From: an uncultured delta proteobacterium
GTDB lineage: Bacteria; Desulfobacterota; Binatia; UBA9968
Reading direction: 5' to 3'
Length of the DNA: 64,000 nt
NCBI GenBank assembly: GCA_963737905.1
Contig: CAVTUQ010000002.1
Location: 608,001-672,000, forward strand
Shown piece by piece: positions 31,646 to 40,211 of this stretch (the first letter of the stretch is position 1; each line of letters opens with the position of its first letter). A model generated the notes under the pieces. The model did not search any database. It was not told the DNA's origin and saw nothing but the letters and a program-made list of their open reading frames with translations. Both the position numbers and the translations under genes were made by a program.

Positions 31646-34077
31646 TCACCCGACAGAGACGCTGTTAGCCGCAGGCTCATCCGATTGAGATGAGGGTTCC
31701 AACTCTTGAACAGTTTTCTTACGCTTATGAAAAGCGAGAAAGGCAGTCACTCCAGTGAGCGCGACAAGAGTAATTGCAGAAATTGCAAGACCAACTGTAA
31801 ATGACCTCGGCTCATAGCGAAACTCCACGGTGTGGTTGCCAGCAGGCAATGGGACAGCGCGAAAGAATAGGTTCGCTCTTCGGATAACTTCCTCTCGACC
31901 GTCCACGAAAGCCCTCCAACCAGGATAATACGAATCGCCAAGAACTAAGATTCCCTCGTTATCAGCCGACGTCGTTATCCTAACGCGTGAATTCTCATAC
32001 CGTACGATTTTGGCCGTTGCTTTCAACTGACGTACTGGTGGCATCGGTATCTCACTATCGAGCACGACTTCTCGTGTTGGATCGAATCCCGCGCTGGATA
32101 ACCGCTGCAGCACCTGCCTAGAGTCTTTCTCCACCACTGCCCTGTTGACAATATAGGCGCGTGAAATAGTTCCCTCGATTTCGTAAAGCCACGAAAAGGA
32201 ATCGGGAAAATGCCCAGTCCGACGAGTGCCGTTCTCGGGCAGAGCTTGAAAAGCCACGAGGTATTTTACGTTAAACGTACGCAAGAGCTTTATCTGGGTG
32301 GTGAAGTCAAGCTGGTTGGCGAAGAAGAGGAAATCCGTATACGGCTGTCTTCCCAGCGCGTCGATTTCCTGGAAATAATCAACGCCGTAAAATAGCCCTG
32401 CATTAGGGAGAAGGTTTTCAAACGATAGCGCGATTGATTCTTTCAATGTTGGGTGGCCCAGAACGGTTACCGCACTGGGGTGTAAATCTCGGGCCGACGG
32501 ATAGTAAAAAAATCGATTCAGGTCACTCTCTCGTGTCTGCAAGACCCGCTTGCTTTCATATACGAAGCCGGGGTGTAGGGGAAATAGAAAACCTTTGTGC
32601 GCCCAAGCGAGATCGACAAAAACCGCCGATACCATAAGAACGCCAAAAACGCGTAGCCGGATCGCTTTGGTTTTTGCCAAGACAATCAGCAATAGAAATC
32701 CTAGAGAGAGGGCAACTTGCCTATCCAAATTTGACATTGCCCCAGCGATCTTCTTGGCGTGGTCGGGAGACAACACCGGAACCCAGTTTTGAGCGGCGAT
32801 GAAACGACCGAGTAGGTCCAGATTGGACCTAGAAAAAATATAGATCCCCAGCCACGCTACGCATACCATGGAGAGAGCTACTAAGGGTCCCTTAACGCTG
32901 CCCCCTTCGTTCAATAGCGAATCGCTGAGTCCTTTGAGAGCTACATATAAGAGAAGTACGTAAGTGAAGAAAAAAAATTTTGCCGGGAAACGAAATGCTC
33001 CGAGAAACGGTAGATGACGAAACAGGAAAGGATAAATAGGCGTATAGCTACCCAGAGCAACTATCAATGACGCGGCAACTAAACTCATGAGCGCAATTTT
33101 TTCGCGTAAAGAACTGAAACAAAGCCAGAGACTTATCCCAAAGGCAGAGATTGCTCCCAGATAGTAACTTACGAAAAATGGCGCTTCACGGCCAAAAAAA
33201 AGACGGACCCCCTTGGAGGTCGTCGGGTCAATCTCTTTGTCCAAGAAAAAAAGGTTTAGAAGGTTCATGGGGTTAAGGGACCAGTGCAAGGCCTCTTGCG
33301 GTGGGATTGGTTGTTGTCGCCGCGATTCCAAGAAAAGTTCGGCAGTGGGAAGAACTTGGACCATCACGAGTCCCAAGACTAAAAGATTCGCGGCTATTAA
33401 AACAGACACCAGCTTTCCACGCGATAAGGTGGACACAGACCGCCTCACCTTCATTCCATCGAGAAGAACCAAGACCATGCTGATCGCAAATAGTTCGGGA
33501 GAACCTGCTAGAAATTGCATCGCGGTAATCAAGGTGAACGCTAGAAAATTCTTCCACGAGCTCGAACGAAGAAGTTTCTCCCAGCTCAAAATGACCCAAG
33601 GGAGCCAGACCGCGGTTTGAAAGTGATTCAGCAAGTTGCTCAGGGAAACAACGGTCCCCCCGAGGGCGAACAGCAACGCCCCAACGATTGACAAGTAGGG
33701 AGGAAATTTCCAGTTGCGGCAGAGAAGATAAGCCCCAATCCCTGCTATCAAGAAGTGGAATATGAAAATGGCGCGGATCGCTGGGAAGAAGGACAGAATC
33801 AAAAATAGATGTGCGGCGGATAGAACACACCTGACTGGAAGGCAGCCAACAGCGGAAATCCCATGGCCATGTGGCGGTTCCAGAGGGGCAGCTCTCCAGA
33901 CCGAAAACTCTCATAGAGAGTAAATCGTAATGGATAAAAATATGGACCTAAGTCGCGGAAGAACGGGACTTGTTCTTGGAGAATCAAGTCTTGGCAAAAC
34001 CAGAGGATTAACAAAGATAAGATGAGTAAAGGCATGAGCCTGGATAAACGATTTCCCCAAGCGATTCTCGAATCCAT
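31646..34077 (-). CDS. YfhO-family (GT-C) membrane glycosyltransferase, 1-nt frameshift in an A5/T5 run near 33801
   Basis: FRDLGPYFYP, GELPLWNRHMAMGFPLLA, FRFPAKF, LVLGDSYYPGWRAFVDG, RAVPLPAGNHTVEFRYEP; ORFs 33799-34077 and 31646-33802. Confidence 0.88.
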
Positions 34078-34131
34078 AAGTCGTTTGTCGTTTGCTGAGT
34101 AGTTAGAAGACGGTACGGGTAACCAACAAAG

Positions 34132-34166
34132 AAAAAGGGGGTGGTCGCTCACGACTCACCCCCTTT
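34132..34166 (-). terminator. Terminator downstream of pilA
   Basis: AAAGGGGGTG...CACCCCCTTT stem with a T-rich tail on the minus strand. Confidence 0.8.
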
Positions 34167-34201
34167 GTAAACAATTTCAGCTAAAGTGAGCGATACTCTC
34201 G

Positions 34202-34585
34202 TTACTGACAAGGACCTCCCGTTATCTGTCCAGTCGCACTACTAAAAGTCCAGGTGTCGCTAGCGCAGTTCGCGTGCTGAGCAGTTATGGAAAATGCGTT
34301 CGTTGCAACCGTCGCAGTTGACGTGACATCATTGCTCTTGTTAAACCCTGTCGGCGTTCCACTGGCCATCGCTCCACCCTTGTACGTGAAAGCTTGGGTA
34401 AAATAAGCTTCCTGCGCCGTAGCCGCATTCCTGAGATCGGATTTAACTTGTGCTTCATAGCCACGTTTTCTATAGGCCGAGAACTGAGGAATCGCAATGG
34501 CCGCCAAGATACCTATGATTGCGACAACAACAAGAAGTTCGATAAGTGTAAACCCGGATTCGTTGCGTAACCTTAAATTGTCCAT
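34202..34585 (-). CDS. pilA: Type IVa major pilin, Geobacter-like N-terminal helix
   Basis: Class III signal G|FTLIELLVVVAIIGILAAIAIPQFSAYR; 116-aa mature protein with C-terminal Cys pair. Confidence 0.95.
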   Translation of the reverse strand: MDNLRLRNESGFTLIELLVVVAIIGILAAIAIPQFSAYRKRGYEAQVKSDLRNAATAQEAYFTQAFTYKGGAMASGTPTGFNKSNDVTSTATVATNAFSITAQHANCASDTWTFSSATGQITGGPCQ

Positions 34586-34748
34586 TTGTGAAGTACTCCC
34601 TTCGTTTATATTTTCCCGTTGTTAATGTCTCCTGCGACCTCCTACGGGAGTGGAGGTCACAAGCAACTAGATCATAAAAAAACAGTCCCCTATATTCTCA
34701 CCTCCTTGGGCAAAGGCGTTCGGAAGCTAAGACCTAAAAATGTGCACC

Positions 34749-34763
34749 GCAAATCCAGGGCCA
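34749..34763 (-). promoter_or_regulatory. sigma54 promoter of pilA
   Basis: Minus strand TGGCCCTGGATTTGC matches TGGCAC-N5-TTGC with exact GG-N10-GC spacing; an adjacent gene encodes a sigma54 activator. Confidence 0.85.
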
Positions 34764-34938
34764 GCCTGATTTCGCGAGACGCAGGGTCACAACAGAGGGT
34801 GATTGTGGATTTTCACTTGTTTCAAAAATTGCGACTTATTAAGAGCTTATAGGTTGTCCGAAAAGATCGAGGCCCCTTGGAAGTTTAGCTAGTAGCGGGC
34901 GGGATCATTCTAGTTTACGTAAAAGAGAATTTGGATTG

Positions 34939-34953
34939 TAACAAAATTTGTTA
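34939..34953. promoter_or_regulatory. Candidate upstream activating sequence for the PilR-like domain
   Basis: Perfect palindrome TAACAAA-A-TTTGTTA about 180 bp upstream of the -24 element. Confidence 0.5.
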
Positions 34954-34972
34954 TTGACCCGCCGGCGAATCA

Positions 34973-37003
34973 TCAGCGAGCGACGGCGTTTTTGGAGTTC
35001 AGCAATCCATATTTTTCCAGTCGATGGCGAAGAGATCTATAGTTAATGCCCAAAATCTCGGCAGCTCGCTTTTGTACCCCATTTGTCCTTTTAAGCGCGC
35101 CCAAAAGGATGCATTTTTCATGCGTTTCCAATTCAACGTCCAAAGACAAGCCTTTGGCGAAAAACAGATCCGCACCGCCGGGCGCGGTTCTCTCAAAAAC
35201 CTCGGCTTCCTCGTTGATTGCCACTCCTTTGATATGGGCTGGTAGATCTTCCTCAGTCATAATATTCTTATTCGCGACCGCGACCGCGTGTTCGATTATG
35301 TTTTCTAGCTCACGGACATTTCCCGGATAGCTATATCCCATTAGATGCATCAAGGCGCCGCTAGATATTTCCTCCACTTGCTTGCCGTGGGAAGCTGCAA
35401 ATTTGCGCATAAAGTGATGTGCCAGCGTTGGAATGTCCTCCTTTCTGTTGCGAAGCGGAGGCATCACTATCTGTACGACGTTAAGCCGATAAAATAGATC
35501 TCTCCGAAACCGACCGTCTTCCATCTCTTTGTGCAAATCTCGGTTCGTCGCGGAAATGACCCGTACATCAACTTTGATCTGCTTGCTGCCCCCCACCGGG
35601 GTAAAAGCTTTCTCTTGCAAAACCCTCAGCAGTTTTACCTGCAGGTGGAGCGGCAATTCCCCGACCTCATCTAGAAAAATCGTTCCTTGATCAGCCTGTT
35701 TGAACAACCCCAGATGTTCGGCAACAGCACCGGTGAAGGCGCCACGGGCATGTCCAAACAGCTCGCTTTCAATCAGGGTTTCGGGTATGGCGCCGCAATT
35801 GACCGCAACGAAAGGCATGTTTTTCCTTGATCCATTAAGATGAATCGCGCGCGCGATGAGTTCTTTGCCGGTCCCGCTTTCCCCTGTAATCAGAATGTTC
35901 GTGTTGTTTCTCGCCACCTTTTGAACCAGATTATAGATCTTTTCGATTCCACCACTCTTGCCGATGATACCCTCGAAATAGAAATCCGCATCCTCAATCC
36001 CACCAGGCCTTTGCTCCAGGTCGAACTCCCGCCCCCGACGCAATTCGTCCTCAAGTCGCAACTTCTCCTCAACCTCTCTTTGCTTACTGATGTCTTCGAA
36101 GATCGAGACGTAACCGACCAGCTGGTCGGACGCGTTGCTCAACGGTGCCAGCGTAAGTCGTAGCTGTTTCTGGTGTCCCTCGGAGGCAGCGAACGCGATC
36201 TCATCGGTCGAGATGCTTCGCCCTTCTCGTGAGCCGAGAAAGTTGGGCGTCATCCCTGGAAATATCTCATCCAACTTCTTTCCCTTAACATTTGCCTCTT
36301 GGAGCGACGTCAAATTCTGAGCCTGGCTGTTAAAGTAGTTTATGCGCCCTTCCGCATCCGTAATCGCAACACCGCTACCCACTCCCTGGAGAAGAGTCTC
36401 TTTAAGCGCGTCGAGCTCGAGGTAATCCGTATGTTTTTCCTTGAGCAGTCTTTCAGTCTCACTCAGTTTACGAGCGAGAAACCCGCCCAGTCCGGCAATG
36501 GCGAAAAAACTGCCAATGTTCAGTACCCCCGGCATCAGCTGCGACCATGACACGGGAATGCCGCTGCCGTGATGGAAAGTGCTGGTCCAACTCAGAAGAG
36601 CCACATAGCACAAACTGGAAAACCCTGCGGTAAAGAACGCCCCTCGATAAAACAACAGAATGGCTCCGTTCATCACGGCGAGATTGTAGAGAAAAGGGAA
36701 CGGGCTCGTGAAATCTCCGGTAAGCCAGATAATGCCCGTGATCAAGACAACATCGAAATCGATTTGGAGATGCGCAAAGAAACGAAGGTCAGGGATATAC
36801 GGGAGGACGAGAGCTGATCCAATGGAAATGGCGTAGGCAATGATGAGCGGGATCGAAAGCGTATAAAAAAAATGAAGATCCCCGTTGTTCTGCTTGAAAA
36901 ACTGGAAGAGCGCCGTCGCGCCCAAGAAAAAGGATAAGATGACAACCCGGAGAAAGAGCAGCCATCTGATTTTCTCTGTCAAATCCTTGCGCTCGTCGAT
37001 CAC
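34973..37003 (-). CDS. Fused PilS(TM+PAS)-PilR(AAA+/HTH) membrane-bound sigma54 enhancer-binding protein
   Basis: PilS-like N-terminus (IRWLLFLR, QIDFD..ITG..WLTG..SPFPFLY), PAS (SGVAITDAEGRINYFNSQA..FEDIS), then GESGTGKE, GAFTGA, FLDEVGE, YPGNVRELEN and HTH RAAEILGINYRSLRHRL. No HisKA H-box, HATPase or receiver domain. Confidence 0.9.
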   Translation of the reverse strand: MIDERKDLTEKIRWLLFLRVVILSFFLGATALFQFFKQNNGDLHFFYTLSIPLIIAYAISIGSALVLPYIPDLRFFAHLQIDFDVVLITGIIWLTGDFTSPFPFLYNLAVMNGAILLFYRGAFFTAGFSSLCYVALLSWTSTFHHGSGIPVSWSQLMPGVLNIGSFFAIAGLGGFLARKLSETERLLKEKHTDYLELDALKETLLQGVGSGVAITDAEGRINYFNSQAQNLTSLQEANVKGKKLDEIFPGMTPNFLGSREGRSISTDEIAFAASEGHQKQLRLTLAPLSNASDQLVGYVSIFEDISKQREVEEKLRLEDELRRGREFDLEQRPGGIEDADFYFEGIIGKSGGIEKIYNLVQKVARNNTNILITGESGTGKELIARAIHLNGSRKNMPFVAVNCGAIPETLIESELFGHARGAFTGAVAEHLGLFKQADQGTIFLDEVGELPLHLQVKLLRVLQEKAFTPVGGSKQIKVDVRVISATNRDLHKEMEDGRFRRDLFYRLNVVQIVMPPLRNRKEDIPTLAHHFMRKFAASHGKQVEEISSGALMHLMGYSYPGNVRELENIIEHAVAVANKNIMTEEDLPAHIKGVAINEEAEVFERTAPGGADLFFAKGLSLDVELETHEKCILLGALKRTNGVQKRAAEILGINYRSLRHRLEKYGLLNSKNAVAR

Positions 37004-37055
37004 AGTAAAGGCTTGCGCTCCAACGAAGGTGAAGATATCGGACTCTACGTTTGTT

Positions 37056-38276
37056 CTAAGACACCACGGAACCTAATTGAAAGATCGGCAGATACATTGA
37101 GATAACCAATCCGCCGAGGATCACTCCGAGGACAACCATGATCATGGGCTCCATGAGGGCAGTCAAATTGGCGACAGCATCATCTACTTCGTCTTCATAA
37201 AGCTCAGCCACCTTTCTAAGCATGGTGTCCAGCCCGCCGGTGTTCTCGCCGACGGCCACCATCTGGCAAACCATTGGCGGAAAGATCTTGCTCTCTCGCA
37301 AAGGCTCAGCCACCGTTCTTCCCTGACTGATGCTTACTCGGCTGTCCATGATCGCTTTTTCAATGACACGGTTACCTGCGGTCCTGGCCGTGATCGCCAG
37401 GCCGTCGAGGATTGGGACGCCGGAACTCAGAAGGATAGCCATGTTTTGTGAGAAGCGAGCTACCGCTACCTTGCGCAATAAATCGCCCACAACGGGCAGC
37501 CTGAGGAGGAATCGATCAATGTTCATCTGTCCATTATCCGTTTGATAATAGAAGCGAATTCCGACAATGATTCCGACAAGGGCAAAAACCATATAGAGAA
37601 AGTTGGCGCGGAACCAATTACTGATGTTGATCGTTATCTGTGTGGGCGCCGGCAAGGCTTTACCCATGCTACCATAGAGTTCCGCAAAAACGGGGATAAC
37701 GAAGATCAGTAAGATGGCCACAACGACGATAGCGACTACAATGATCGTGCAAGGATAAATCATCGCCCCTTTAACTTTTTTCTTGAGCTTGTTGGCCTTT
37801 TCGATAAATAGGGCGATTCGATTGAGGATTGCGTTCAACACACCGCCAGCCTCACCGGCTTGGACCATATTGACATACAGGTCGTCGAAGATTTTCGGGT
37901 GTTTTCGAAGAGCCTCAGCCAATGTAGAACCGCCTTCGACATCTTGCTTGATCGCACGCAGGGTATTGCGTAGTACCTTGCTTTCGCTTTGTTGAGTCTG
38001 AATATCCAAGCATTGTACGATGGGTAGCCCGGCATCGATCATCGTAGCGAACTGCCGGGTGAATACAGAAAGGTCCCGGGCCTTAATCTTTTCGCCAAAA
38101 CCGGGGATTTTGATTTCTGTATCCAATCCCCGGCCTTTTTCCCGAATCCGGTTCGGGATCGGCCGAATTCTGCGATCCCGCAGGATCGCAAAAACGGCTT
38201 CCAGATTGGGCGCTTCGACTTCCCCTTTCAGGACTCGTCCCTGCGCGGTTTTTCCTTCCCACAGGAATATTGCCAT
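37056..38276 (-). CDS. pilC: Type IV pilus platform protein (T2SS-F family)
   Basis: FTRQFATMIDAGLP, GEAGGVL, GENTGGLDTML, EPMIMVVLG. Confidence 0.96.
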   Translation of the reverse strand: MAIFLWEGKTAQGRVLKGEVEAPNLEAVFAILRDRRIRPIPNRIREKGRGLDTEIKIPGFGEKIKARDLSVFTRQFATMIDAGLPIVQCLDIQTQQSESKVLRNTLRAIKQDVEGGSTLAEALRKHPKIFDDLYVNMVQAGEAGGVLNAILNRIALFIEKANKLKKKVKGAMIYPCTIIVVAIVVVAILLIFVIPVFAELYGSMGKALPAPTQITINISNWFRANFLYMVFALVGIIVGIRFYYQTDNGQMNIDRFLLRLPVVGDLLRKVAVARFSQNMAILLSSGVPILDGLAITARTAGNRVIEKAIMDSRVSISQGRTVAEPLRESKIFPPMVCQMVAVGENTGGLDTMLRKVAELYEDEVDDAVANLTALMEPMIMVVLGVILGGLVISMYLPIFQLGSVVS

Positions 38277-38364
38277 CGATTACGTCCTCTCTTGAAAACC
38301 TAATCTTAGTTTGCTCAACGGCGTTAAAAATCACCGGGGACCGGTCTTTTGCACCGGCCGGGCG

Positions 38365-40092
38365 TCAGAAACCCAATGAGAAAACCGATCCAAACCCTTT
38401 GTCCGTATCGGTTACGCGAACGGTTTCCTCAATAGTCGTTAGCCCCTCACGAACCTTCTGGAGGGCGCTCATACGGAGCGTGCTCATGCCCAGTTTCACG
38501 GCCTCTCGCTTGAGCTCAACCACCGACGCATTCCGCAGAATCAACTCCTTGACACCCTCGTGCATGACCATCACTTCATAGATGGCCAAACGGCCTCGAT
38601 ATCCCGTGCCGTTACAATTGGCACAACCTCGCCCATGAAAGGTGGAAAAGCCGGCGCCAACCTCTGTTGGGTCCACACCTAAATTGATCAAAATCTCAGG
38701 ACTCACTTCTCCCGGTTCTTTGCACTTTTCGCAAATTCGCCGTACCAACCTTTGGGCCGCGATCAGATTAATGGACGAAATCAGCAAGAAAGTCTCGACG
38801 CCCATGTTGACCAAGCGATCAACGGTAGAAGGAGCATCGTTGGTATGGAGAGTGCTGAGGACCAAGTGACCCGTCAACGCGGCTTTGACGGCGATCTGCG
38901 CAGTTTCAAGATCGCGAACTTCTCCGACCATAATGATGTCGGGATCCTGTCGAAGAAATGACCGCAGGGCGGCGGCAAAGGTTAACCCGATTTGCTCCCG
39001 GACCTGCACTTGGTTGATTCCAACCAAGTTGTACTCGACCGGATCTTCGGCCGTGGAAATGTTGACGTCGGGTTTGTTGAGCTCCGAGAGCGCGGAATAG
39101 AGCGTAGTCGACTTTCCGCTACCCGTCGGACCGGTGATAAGAATCATGCCGTATGGTTTGTGTATCGCTTCCAAGAAATCTTTAAGGGTTTGCGGATCGA
39201 AACCAAGTTTGGACATGTCCAGTTGGAGATTGGATTTGTCCAATAACCGCATGACGACTTTCTCGCCAAATAACGTCGGTAGTACCGAGACGCGGATATC
39301 CAATTCTCCGCCTACTCCCATCTTTAACTTGATCCGGCCATCCTGGGTGAGGCGCCGCTCAGCAATATCCAGTCCGGCCATGACCTTGAGGCGGGACACT
39401 AAAGGATTTTTTAGCCGAAGGGGCGGACTCATGATCTCCTGAAGAACCCCGTCCACTCGGAACCGCACGCGAAAGATTTTTTCGTAGGGCTCGATGTGAA
39501 TGTCGCTGGCTCGTCGCTTCGCGGCGTCGGCCAAGATCGCATTCACTAAGGTCACTACAGGCGCCTCCATAGTGGCCTGCTGAAGTTCCTGGAGGTTAAC
39601 GTCATCGCTTTCGTGGATAACCTCCATCTCTCCATCGCCAAATTTTTTCAAAACCTCATCGTAGCTTACTCCCCCAAAGCGGTGATCGAGAGTTTTTTTG
39701 ATCGCTGAAGGGGGAGCCAGCATAACCCTCACGCCGTAGCCCGTGATAAACTTCACTTCATTGATTGCAACGAGGTCTGTTGGGTCGGCCATGGCCACCG
39801 TGAGTGTAGAACCAAGAAGTTTTACCGGCACCAGCTGATGCTTTTGAATGATTTGAGGTGGAACAAGGCCAAAGACCGAATCTTCGATTTCTGAGGGACT
39901 TAAATCAACTTTTTCGATACTGAACTGCTTGGCAAGAAACTCGGTCAGGGTATCTTCGGCAGTAAAACCAAGCCGAACCAGCTCTCTAATGACACTGGAG
40001 CCCGTATCACGCTCCTTTTCCTGAGCCTGGACGAGCTGATCGCGGGAAACAATCCCTCCCCGCACCAATAACTCTGCAATACGCGGTTCCAT
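38365..40092 (-). CDS. pilB: Type IV pilus assembly ATPase
   Basis: ASDIHIEP, GPTGSGKST, EDPVE, LRQDPD..VGEVRD, TGHLVLSTLHTN and tetracysteine motif. Confidence 0.96.
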   Translation of the reverse strand: MEPRIAELLVRGGIVSRDQLVQAQEKERDTGSSVIRELVRLGFTAEDTLTEFLAKQFSIEKVDLSPSEIEDSVFGLVPPQIIQKHQLVPVKLLGSTLTVAMADPTDLVAINEVKFITGYGVRVMLAPPSAIKKTLDHRFGGVSYDEVLKKFGDGEMEVIHESDDVNLQELQQATMEAPVVTLVNAILADAAKRRASDIHIEPYEKIFRVRFRVDGVLQEIMSPPLRLKNPLVSRLKVMAGLDIAERRLTQDGRIKLKMGVGGELDIRVSVLPTLFGEKVVMRLLDKSNLQLDMSKLGFDPQTLKDFLEAIHKPYGMILITGPTGSGKSTTLYSALSELNKPDVNISTAEDPVEYNLVGINQVQVREQIGLTFAAALRSFLRQDPDIIMVGEVRDLETAQIAVKAALTGHLVLSTLHTNDAPSTVDRLVNMGVETFLLISSINLIAAQRLVRRICEKCKEPGEVSPEILINLGVDPTEVGAGFSTFHGRGCANCNGTGYRGRLAIYEVMVMHEGVKELILRNASVVELKREAVKLGMSTLRMSALQKVREGLTTIEETVRVTDTDKGFGSVFSLGF

Positions 40093-40211
40093 ACGACCTT
40101 AGCTATCTGAAGGGATGTAAATTATCTTAAAAGAAAGCCAATTCTGTCAACAGTTTTAAATAAAAGAACGGGCTTCTGTTTGGGAGCCGAGAAGAAGCAA
40201 GCTTTGGCAAC

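Noticed and set aside
34700-34745. GGGCAAA...CCTAAA resembling a c-di-GMP-I/GEMM riboswitch near pilA
   Set aside because: It is on the strand opposite to pilA and lacks the GAAA-tetraloop P2 stem and GACGCAAA core.
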